NCBI GenBank assembly: GCA_963662405.2
Contig: CAXXKT010000001.1
Coordinates: 928,001 to 992,000 of the forward strand
Reading direction: 5' to 3'
DNA length: 64,000 bases
Source: Syntrophales bacterium
GTDB lineage: Bacteria > Desulfobacterota > Syntrophia > Syntrophales > UBA2210
Shown: in pieces, positions 49,546-57,693 of the stretch
How the letters are laid out: each line of letters starts with the position of its first letter
How positions within the stretch are numbered: the stretch's first letter is position 1
Made by a program: the position numbers and the translations under genes
The notes under the pieces: model-generated
The model's database searches: none
Told to the model about the DNA's origin: nothing
Seen by the model: the letters and a program-made list of their open reading frames with translations, nothing else

Positions 49546-50565
49546 TTATCGAAGAATCCCCTTCTCCCGGTAGAATTTTTCCGCTCCGGGATGCAGGGGA
49601 ATAGCCACACCATCGAGGGCTGTTGTGAGGGTGACATCCTTCCCCTTGGCATGGGCCTGGGCCATAATTTCCGCCCCGCTCGGGGCCTCTGCCGCTTTCT
49701 CACCCGCCTTTCGCAGGACGAAGGTCCCCTTATCCCACAGGGCCTTGGTTAGTAGATACACCGTCTTTTCAGGGACATCCGCATCAACGACCCATTGCGC
49801 CATGGTGGTAATGGCAGGAATATCAACATCGACACCCCGGTAGGTACCGGCAGGGATCGCAACCTTCGCATAGAAGGGATATTGCTTGATGATCTTTGCT
49901 ATGGTTTCGTCGTCCAGCGGGACCAGGGTGATATCGGAGGTCGTGGCCAGTTCCGTGATGGCCGCTGTCGGCCACCCCGCCGTGATGAACGCCACATCCG
50001 CCTGCCGATCCTTCAACCGCTGCGCGGCACCGGCAAAACTGAGCCAGTCGACATTGGCAAAATCATCATAGGTGAGTCCGAGACCCCACAGGACCGCCTT
50101 GCAATCGACCTCGGTCCCGCTTCCTCGATCACCGGGAACCAGTTTTTTCCCCGTGAGATCCGTGACCGTTTTGATACCGGCCCCTTCCCGGGCAACGATC
50201 TGGATCGTCTCGGGGTAGAGGGAGGCGATGGCCCTCAGGTTTTTGACGGGTTTTCCTTCGAATTGCGCGATCCCGTTGTACGCCGCGTAGGCGACATTGT
50301 TCTGCACGAACCCCGATTCTATCTGATGGTTTTTTATGAGATTGCAGTTCGCAACGGAGGCGTTGCCCGATTGGGCCGTAATAATAATGTTCGGAATTTT
50401 GTTGGACAGGGCCTGTGCCAGCACACCTCCCAGCGGATAGTACGTACCACCCGTACCACCCGTGGCGATGGCAAAGAAACTTTTTTGCTCCGCACCTGCC
50501 AGCCCGGCAACGACCATCGACAGCGCGATGATCAGGACAACGAACGGTACAAAAATGCGCTTCAT
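49546..50565 (-). CDS. TAXI-family TRAP solute-binding protein
   Basis: Signal peptide, ATGGTGGTYYPLGG, LYPETIQIV, GSGTE and IPLHPGAEKFY. Confidence 0.93.
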   Translation of the reverse strand: MKRIFVPFVVLIIALSMVVAGLAGAEQKSFFAIATGGTGGTYYPLGGVLAQALSNKIPNIIITAQSGNASVANCNLIKNHQIESGFVQNNVAYAAYNGIAQFEGKPVKNLRAIASLYPETIQIVAREGAGIKTVTDLTGKKLVPGDRGSGTEVDCKAVLWGLGLTYDDFANVDWLSFAGAAQRLKDRQADVAFITAGWPTAAITELATTSDITLVPLDDETIAKIIKQYPFYAKVAIPAGTYRGVDVDIPAITTMAQWVVDADVPEKTVYLLTKALWDKGTFVLRKAGEKAAEAPSGAEIMAQAHAKGKDVTLTTALDGVAIPLHPGAEKFYREKGILR

Positions 50566-50834
50566 AATAGTACCCTCCTTTTAGATGTTATCCAACTTTC
50601 AAAATCTTTTTAGGAAATATTTCGAAACGTGACCTGTCCCCCGAAAACTGAGCCATTTTCAATTCGAGTCCTTCCCGATAATGACTAATCTGGGAAAAGA
50701 GATGATCTGCACCGAAGTAAAGAATCGGAATCGCTCAATAAACAGAGGGCGGCATCTCGAACAAGGATTATCAATTTGCGCTGCAGGAGAGAAGACTCAA
50801 TTCGCATCTTGTACATATTTCGGGGTGGCTCCAC

Positions 50835-50864
50835 AACGTAAACCATCTCAATGATGGTTGTCAA
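50835..50864 (-). promoter_or_regulatory. Putative sigma70 promoter with a palindromic operator in the spacer
   Basis: TTGACA (50864-50859), 17-18 nt, then TTACGT/TACGTT; dyad AACCATC-N5-GATGGTT at 50841-50859. Confidence 0.5.
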
Positions 50865-50909
50865 TCTTTTTCAGAAAGCGCGTGCCGCAACATCCACCGT
50901 ACCACGATT

Positions 50910-52244
50910 TTACAGTTGTCTCCTCAAGACCTGCGCGGCTATATGGATGGGATCCCATACCCCGCTGAAGGGGGGACTGTATGCAAGGTCCAGATAGCCG
51001 ATATCGTCCAGATCCATCCCCGACCAGAGACACGCCGAGAGGGTATTGATACGGCTGACCGCCCCGCTCTGTCCCACGGCCTGGGCACCCAACAGTTTTC
51101 CCGATGCCTTGTCTGCAATCACCTTGATCCCCAGCCGCCGGCCCGTACCCATGGATGCCGCTCTGGCGGATCCCCAGATGATGGTACTTGCGAAAGCATA
51201 TCCGCTCTGTTCCGCCTCACGTTCATCAAGACCGGTTGCGGCCACTTCCAGACCAAAGACCTTGAAGGCCTGGGCGCCGATAACACCCGGGAAAGCCATC
51301 GGATACCCCCCGATATTCCGGCCGGCCACCCGGCCCTGCTTGTTCGCGATATCCCCCAGCGGTATGGAGACCCACCGTTTGCTGATCCGATGGTACGATT
51401 CACAACAGTCACCGGCGGCAAAGATCCCTTCCTTTTCGGTCTGTTGCGCATGATCAACCGTGATGGCACCCGATTCTCCGACGGGTATGCCGGCCGCCCG
51501 CGCCAGCGTCGTCTCGGGCTTCACGCCGAGGGCGAAGATGATGAGATCCGTTTCTATTTTCTCCTGGTCGGTCACCAGACACAGTCGTGCCCGAGAGCCC
51601 TTCTCAACGGCGACGGGTGACTGATGGGACAGAAAGATCACCCCGTTATCCGTCAATTCATCCAGCACCACCTGGGAAAAGACCGGGTCCCATTTCTTGA
51701 CCGGCAGCTCGCCCCGGTAGACGATTCGTGTCTCCAGGCCGATGGTCTTCAGTGCCTCGGCCATCTCCATGGCGATAAAACCGGCCCCGACGATCGCCGC
51801 TCTGCGGCAGCGGTTTTCCTCGATATATTTCTTGATATTGATACCATCCCGCAGATTCTTCAGGACGAAGGCCCCATCGCTTTCCGTTCCCGGCATATCG
51901 GGAAGAGTCGCCTCGGCACCGGTCGCCACGACGAGAAAATCGTACGGCAATCGTTCTCCCCCTTCCAGCAGGACCTCCCCGCTCTCGGTTCCGATCTCCT
52001 CAACGTGGGTCCTGAGCCGCACCTCGACCCCGGATTCCTCAAATTTTTCAGGGGTCCTCGCGATAAGCCTTTTCGGGTCCTTGATTACATCACCGATGTA
52101 ATAGGGCATGGGTCAGGCGGCATACGAGATAAACTCACCCCGCTCCACCACCGTTACCTGCAATGAGGGGTCCCGTCTCTTTGCCTCTGCTGCCGCGGAA
52201 GGTCCTCCGGCACCTCCCCCAACGATCACGAGTCTCTTGGTCAT
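50910..52244 (-). CDS. CoA-disulfide reductase/NADH oxidase family selenoprotein (Sec44)
   Basis: The frame extends through TGA (52115-52113) to ATG 52244: MTKRLVIVGGGAGG...FISYAA-U-PMPYYIG. Also ATGA, GAGFIAME, AAGDC and DLAYSPPF. SECIS follows the TGA. Confidence 0.92.
52084..52102 (-). promoter_or_regulatory. Bacterial SECIS element of the oxidoreductase
   Basis: AUUACAUC-GGU-GAUGUAAU hairpin beginning 10 nt after the UGA. Confidence 0.8.
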
Positions 52245-53083
52245 ATGGTCCCTCCCTGTCGTCTCTTTACCAGCGTAATCACAATACCGACGAGTATCAT
52301 ACCGAGGCAGAGGAGCTGCCCCATACTCAGGTTGCCCAAGACACAGCCGAGTTGCGGGTCCGGTTCCCTGAAGAATTCAATACAAAACCGAACCAGACCG
52401 TAGCCGATCAGATACAGCGCGAGCATCCTTCCTCTGAAAAGCTCCTTTTTCCGGAGACCCCACAAAAGGGCAAACAGGACAACCCCTTCGAAAAAGGCCT
52501 CATACAACTGAGACGGGTGGCGCAGGGCCCTGAGAGGGTCCAGCGGGAAATACATCCCCCACCAGACATCCGTCATGCGACCGTAGAGTTCTCCGTTCAG
52601 GAAATTCCCGATCCGTCCGAAGGTGTACCCTAGGGGAATCGCCGGGCAGAAGAGATCGGAAAACCGCCAGAAATCGATCCTCCGCCTCACGAAAAACAAG
52701 ATGGAAACGAGAACGATACCGATCAGTCCGCCGTGGTACGACAGACCGCTGATACCCGTATAACGGAAGCCGTCTGAAAGATCAAACGGGCACACCACCG
52801 CGAGGGGGTGTGCCGCGTAGTATGCCGGGTTATAGAAGAGGACATATCCCAATCGTCCCCCCACCAGGAGGGCGGCGATCGCCCAGACAAAATAATCCTG
52901 GACCGTTTCCCTCCCGTACTCGAATCGCTCGTCCCGTATCCGATGGATCACGAGGAGATAGATCACGGCAAATGCAACAAGGTACATAAGTCCGTAGTAG
53001 CGCATCTGAAAGGATCCGATCTCCAGAAACGCCGGATTGATGTGCTCCGGGATATGTTGCCAGATATCGATCAGTCGGGCCAT
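52241..53083 (-). CDS. lgt: Prolipoprotein diacylglyceryl transferase
   Basis: RYYGLMY, GGRLGYVLFY, GLSYHGG, GRIGNFLNGELYGR, RHPSQLYE and RFCIEFFREPD. Confidence 0.95.
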   Translation of the reverse strand: MARLIDIWQHIPEHINPAFLEIGSFQMRYYGLMYLVAFAVIYLLVIHRIRDERFEYGRETVQDYFVWAIAALLVGGRLGYVLFYNPAYYAAHPLAVVCPFDLSDGFRYTGISGLSYHGGLIGIVLVSILFFVRRRIDFWRFSDLFCPAIPLGYTFGRIGNFLNGELYGRMTDVWWGMYFPLDPLRALRHPSQLYEAFFEGVVLFALLWGLRKKELFRGRMLALYLIGYGLVRFCIEFFREPDPQLGCVLGNLSMGQLLCLGMILVGIVITLVKRRQGGTI

Positions 53084-53136
53084 CGCACGTCCCTTTTATC
53101 TCGGAAGGTCCAACCAACCGGAACCCCCATATGTCA

Positions 53137-53157
53137 ACCCCGGCGACCCGCCGGGGT
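53137..53157 (-). promoter_or_regulatory. Bacterial SECIS element of the FmdB-like gene
   Basis: ACCCCGGCG-GGU-CGCCGGGGU hairpin beginning 11 nt after the first UGA. Confidence 0.7.
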
Positions 53158-53162
53158 CCGGA

Positions 53163-53366
53163 TCAGCCTCAGGTGGACGAACAGGACGGACCCGACAGGG
53201 AACAGGCCTGGCAGGACCCGTGAGATCCGGCGGGAAGTGAGACCACTTTTTCTATCTTTTTCTTCCCGCAGTCAGGACAGGCAACCTCGTGGAACTCGTC
53301 CTGGACCGGTCGGATCATCTCAAATTCCCTGCCACAGAGGGTACATCGATATTCATATATCGGCAT
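53163..53366 (-). CDS. FmdB-family zinc-ribbon protein, probable selenoprotein ending in ...CSST-U-G
   Basis: MPIYEYRCTLCG...CPDCG; 3' end reads TGT TCG TCC ACC TGA GGC TGA, followed by a SECIS-like hairpin. Confidence 0.8.
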
Positions 53367-53434
53367 TTCATCTTCTCCTTATACGACACGGCGGTCTCCT
53401 CACCAACCGCCGTCAGGATCCCACCCACATGTTT

Positions 53435-54400
53435 TTAATATGACTGCCCTTTCAGATCATCCACATGCAGTGATGCGCTGTGAGCGGCCGTTGCCCCGTC
53501 GCCGCAGGCGGTTATCACCTGGCGCAGAGACTTCCTGATGCAATCACCACAGGCGAAGATACCGGGGACTGACGTCTTCATATCATGATCGGCAATAATA
53601 TAGCCATCCTCATCCACGTTGACAACCCCCCTGGCACAATTCGTATTGGGGACAAGACCGACAAAGATAAAGACCCCGTCCACCGGGATCTCTTCATATC
53701 GTTCGGGATCCTTGACGTTCCGTACCCTGACCCCCGTCACACCGTCTTCGCCGAGGATCTCTTCCACGACGGATTCCCAGGCGAAGGTGATCTTGTCGTT
53801 GGCAAAGGCCCGCTTCTGCAGGATAGCTGTCGCTCTCAGACGATCCCGACGGTGAATGACGGTGACGGTCGAGGCGAATTTGGTGAGGTAGATGGCCTCC
53901 TGAACGGCGGTATCCCCGCCGCCCACCACCGCAACCGCACGATTTCGGTAAAAGGGGGCATCGCAGGTGGCACAGTATGATATGCCGCGACCCACCATCT
54001 CCTCTTCCCGCGGTACCCCCAGGCGGCTCCAGGCGGCTCCCGTCGCGATAATGACGGCAAGGGTCGGGTAGGTACCTCCATCGGTCAGAATCTCCCATCC
54101 CTCGACATCCCCCAGCTGTTTGCGGCGTATCGCGCTCACCTGCTCGGGTTTGACATCCAGACCGAACGCAACCGCCTGCTTTTTGAAGGTGTCGTTCAAC
54201 TCGAACCCGCCGACGGCGGGGATACCGGGATAGTTCTCGATCAGGTCCGTCATGGTAATCTGGCTGGCCTGCGCGTTCCCCTCCACAAGGAGCGTTTTCA
54301 TATCGGCCCTGGATGCGTAGAGACCGGCGGTCAACCCGCCGGGCCCACCTCCAATAATCACTATATCATACGCTTCTTGCGGTATCTGTCTCTCGGCCAC
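53435..54400 (-). CDS. trxB: Thioredoxin reductase
   Basis: IIGGGPGG, IENYPG, SYCATCD, VVGGGDTA, HRRD and GD...RQVITACGDG. Confidence 0.95.
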   Translation of the reverse strand: MAERQIPQEAYDIVIIGGGPGGLTAGLYASRADMKTLLVEGNAQASQITMTDLIENYPGIPAVGGFELNDTFKKQAVAFGLDVKPEQVSAIRRKQLGDVEGWEILTDGGTYPTLAVIIATGAAWSRLGVPREEEMVGRGISYCATCDAPFYRNRAVAVVGGGDTAVQEAIYLTKFASTVTVIHRRDRLRATAILQKRAFANDKITFAWESVVEEILGEDGVTGVRVRNVKDPERYEEIPVDGVFIFVGLVPNTNCARGVVNVDEDGYIIADHDMKTSVPGIFACGDCIRKSLRQVITACGDGATAAHSASLHVDDLKGQSY

Positions 54401-54433
54401 GATGATCTTCCTTTCTCGGACTTTTTCCTCGTC

Positions 54434-54461
54434 AGTTTAGTCACATTTCATGGTTTGTCAA
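54434..54461 (-). promoter_or_regulatory. Putative sigma70 promoter for trxB
   Basis: TTGACA-16 nt-TAAACT upstream of the trxB RBS. Confidence 0.55.
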
Positions 54462-54481
54462 GCACCAAGCCCATGCACGGC

Positions 54482-55927
54482 TCAACCCTTGATACACCCG
54501 ACGGCCCTGATGCGTGCAACTTTCCTCGAGAGACCTGCCTGATGTACCACGTTCACCACGTCCTCAATCTCCTTGTATGCCTCCGGCATCTCTTCGCTCA
54601 ACGTCTTTTTTCCCGCGGCTATCACCGTCACTCCCCTTCCTGCCATCTCGGAGGCGATTGACCGGTTCCGGCTTGCCTTCAGCGCCCGGGTGCGGCTCAT
54701 GACCCGCCCGGCGCCATGGCAGGTGCTTCCGAAGGTCTCTTTCAGGGCCCGCTCCGTCCCCACGAGGACGTACGACCCGGTACCCATGTCTCCCGGGATC
54801 AGGACCGGTTGCCCCACGTCACGGTACATCGCGGGCAGGGCTGGGTGACGGGGAGGCAGTGCCCGGGTGGCACCTTTTCGATGCACGCAGAGCCGCTTTT
54901 TTTCACCGTTTACCTCAAATTCCTCTCCCTTGGCGATATTGTGACACACATCGTAAACCAGCCTCATCCCGATATCACGGGGAGAGCGATGGAGCGTTTT
55001 TTCAAGGGTCTGTCCCACTCCGTGCATGAGGATCTGCCGGTTCGCCCAGGCATAATTCGCCGCGCAGGCCATGGCGGCCATATACTCCTTCCCCTCATGG
55101 GATCTTAGGGAGGCACAGGCAAGCTGCCGGTCGGGGAGGATAAAATCCAGGGAACCGCTCCGCTTGACCATCCGCGCCAGGTAATCATCGCATACCTGAT
55201 AACCGAACCCCCGCGACCCGGTATGGATGGAGAGGGCAACCTGCCCTTCGGCTGTCAGACCGAAGGCGGCGGCAACCTCCCGATCAAAGATCTCGTCCAC
55301 AACCCCCAGTTCCAGAAAGTGATTCCCGGACCCCAGGGTCCCCAGCTGCCGCCGCCCCCGCTCGAGGGCCCGCTCACTCACACATCCCGGGTCCGCCCCC
55401 GGCATGACACCGCCCTCCTCGGTCGCAGCCAGATCCCTCTCGGAGCCATAGCCCCGGTCGACCGCCCAGGCGGCTCCCCGGCGGAGGATCGCCTTTTCCT
55501 CTTTGGGAGACAGTTTGAGCGTACTTTCAGATCCCACACCGGCCGGTATGTCCCTGAAGAGGGCAGTGATCAGGTCGCGCACCCTCCCCTCGATGTCGTG
55601 GATCCGGAGATCGGTGACCATCAGACGGACACCGCAGTTGATATCGTACCCCACCCCTCCGGGAGATATGATTCCTTCCTCCATGTCGAAGGCGGCAACA
55701 CCGCCGATGGGAAAACCGTATCCCCAGTGGATATCGGGCATGGCCAGGGAGTGGCTGACGATACCGGGGAGATGGGCCACATTGGCGACCTGTCTCGGGC
55801 TTTCATCCTTTCCCATGGACTTCATCATACGCTCATCGGCATAGATCATCCCGGGGACCCGCATCCCCCCCACCGGGGGTATGATCCACCGAAACGCATC
55901 GAGACGCTCGATCCTGATATCAGACAT
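54482..55927 (-). CDS. rtcB: RtcB RNA ligase (long, archease-associated type)
   Basis: MPDIHWGYGFPIGG, GYDINCG, GSGNHF, HTGSRG, HNIA, HRKGAT, STCHGAGR and EEMPEAYK. Confidence 0.95.
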   Translation of the reverse strand: MSDIRIERLDAFRWIIPPVGGMRVPGMIYADERMMKSMGKDESPRQVANVAHLPGIVSHSLAMPDIHWGYGFPIGGVAAFDMEEGIISPGGVGYDINCGVRLMVTDLRIHDIEGRVRDLITALFRDIPAGVGSESTLKLSPKEEKAILRRGAAWAVDRGYGSERDLAATEEGGVMPGADPGCVSERALERGRRQLGTLGSGNHFLELGVVDEIFDREVAAAFGLTAEGQVALSIHTGSRGFGYQVCDDYLARMVKRSGSLDFILPDRQLACASLRSHEGKEYMAAMACAANYAWANRQILMHGVGQTLEKTLHRSPRDIGMRLVYDVCHNIAKGEEFEVNGEKKRLCVHRKGATRALPPRHPALPAMYRDVGQPVLIPGDMGTGSYVLVGTERALKETFGSTCHGAGRVMSRTRALKASRNRSIASEMAGRGVTVIAAGKKTLSEEMPEAYKEIEDVVNVVHQAGLSRKVARIRAVGCIKG

Positions 55928-56363
55928 CGCACACCACCCTTCCGACCCATCCCCCGGGGGTACTGCGCACCTCCACGTGATGATAGGTGACCGCCTTGAT
56001 CTCCGCCTCGACCGTATGGCGCTCCCGTGCAAAGGGCTCTCCGGTCACCGTCGCATGGAGGTGAGTCTTATCCACGGAGTGAATCATGCATCCTTTCACC
56101 AACCATCCGTCACCGTTGAAGAGTGCTACGATCTCTCTGAGAAAATTGACGAAGAGCTCCTCACGATCATTCCCCTCGGCGACAATCTCCTTCGATTCGT
56201 TTCCCTCCACGCGGGACCGGTCGATCAGGATATCGGCGAGGGCGAGGGCTGCATTCTTAAAGAGATCCGCTTCGTCCCTACCGTATATCTCCACACCAAG
56301 GTCCGCCGTATGGTCGAAGACCCGGTAGTGGGCTGGCTCTCTCTCTATAATCGTCCGAGACAT
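55920..56363 (-). CDS. Archease
   Basis: DHTADLG, LF.NAA.AL and EIKAVTYH...DV; overlaps the rtcB start. Confidence 0.92.
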   Translation of the reverse strand: MSRTIIEREPAHYRVFDHTADLGVEIYGRDEADLFKNAALALADILIDRSRVEGNESKEIVAEGNDREELFVNFLREIVALFNGDGWLVKGCMIHSVDKTHLHATVTGEPFARERHTVEAEIKAVTYHHVEVRSTPGGWVGRVVCDV

Positions 56364-56531
56364 GATCATCACCAACCTTTTTTCTCAAGTATAGAACACC
56401 CACGTGCGAAAGAAAACCCCCCGGCGTTTCTTTCTCTTCCGGTCATTCAGTTGATCGGGTTTCACATTGCGACCCCTCATCGGAGCTGTTACACTACCTG
56501 GCGATGTCATTATTCATGAGAGGAAGAGACC

Positions 56532-56921
56532 ATGGGAACACACATCGAGATATCGGAACACCCGGAGTGGAGTGGCGCTCGGTACGTGCGGGACCTGTCC
56601 TTCGCTGTGAACGAGGATCTGACGGCCCTTTACACCCTCCTTGCCGCCACCGGTGAAGAGATGGCGGGATATTTCAGCGCAGAGGAGATGTCCCTCCTCT
56701 GCGAGATATTTAAAAACGACGAATACGAACCGGCCCGTCTCCGGGAATGGCCTCTGCTGCTCGCCTGGGACGTGGAGGACGTGGAGCGGTATGAAAAGCT
56801 GAGCACCCAGTTCAAGGTCGACACCGATATCCTGATTGAAAAACTGGAGGGACTCACCCCCCTGAAGGCCCTGTGGCTTCTCCATACGATTCGGGAAACC
56901 GTTGCATCGGGAAATGAGTGA
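56532..56921 (+). CDS. Hypothetical acidic protein
   Basis: GAGG RBS; 129-aa ORF filling the gap between archease and ubiE. Confidence 0.65.
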   Translation: MGTHIEISEHPEWSGARYVRDLSFAVNEDLTALYTLLAATGEEMAGYFSAEEMSLLCEIFKNDEYEPARLREWPLLLAWDVEDVERYEKLSTQFKVDTDILIEKLEGLTPLKALWLLHTIRETVASGNE

Positions 56922-56943
56922 ACCGGGTGGTTTTTGATTCTTT

Positions 56944-57675
56944 CTACTCGCTCGCTTCCTTCACTTTGCGTTTCAGCGTGTACAGTCGTGTCACACCCCA
57001 GAAAAACGTGCTTAATTCGACAGTAAACCCCCTCGTCCTGATTGTATCGACGAGTTCCTCAGGGGAGAGAAAATCGATCACTGAATCACGGAGGTACCGG
57101 TATGCGGAGGCGTTTCCCGATACAAGTCCGCCAACGACAGGAAGGATATGTCGAAAGTAGGTCAGATACACTGCCTTGAAAAACGGGTTTGAGGGGAGGG
57201 AAAACTCGAGAATAACGATTTTGCCACCCGGTTTGATGACCCGGTATACCTCGTCGAGACACCGATCAATTCCCGAGACGTTTCGTATCCCGAAAGCAAC
57301 CATGGCCCGGTCAAAGGCCCCGTCCCGGAAGGGCAGGGCGGTGGCATCCCCGTTCACGAGAGAGTACCGATCATGGAGGTATGCATCGCTTTTTCGTTCC
57401 GCTTGCTGAAGCATCCCCAGCGAAAGGTCAATCCCCACCACCCGGCACGGGATAGCACGCAAGGCTGCAAGGGCAAGATCTCCCGTGCCCGTCGCGATGT
57501 CCAGAATCAGATCACCGCTTTCTATATCCAGCGATCGGACGGTTCGTTTTCTCCAATAGCGGTCGAGAGAAAGAGACAGGATTCGATTTAATGTATCGTA
57601 AGAGGGGGCAATACGGTCAAACATGCCCCCGATTATTGTCGGTCGCTTGTCCACGTCTTCAATGACCTTCACCAT
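56944..57675 (-). CDS. ubiE: UbiE/MenG quinone C-methyltransferase
   Basis: MFDRIAPSYD..NR.LS, LDIATGTGD, AFGIRNV, KPGG...LEFS and AYRYL..S. Confidence 0.9.
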   Translation of the reverse strand: MVKVIEDVDKRPTIIGGMFDRIAPSYDTLNRILSLSLDRYWRKRTVRSLDIESGDLILDIATGTGDLALAALRAIPCRVVGIDLSLGMLQQAERKSDAYLHDRYSLVNGDATALPFRDGAFDRAMVAFGIRNVSGIDRCLDEVYRVIKPGGKIVILEFSLPSNPFFKAVYLTYFRHILPVVGGLVSGNASAYRYLRDSVIDFLSPEELVDTIRTRGFTVELSTFFWGVTRLYTLKRKVKEASE

Positions 57676-57693
57676 GCTGACAGCGATCCCCGG

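Noticed and set aside
53163..53165. Second TGA of the FmdB gene as another Sec
   Set aside because: It is only 5 nt from the hairpin stem, too close for SelB-type decoding, so it is treated as the stop.
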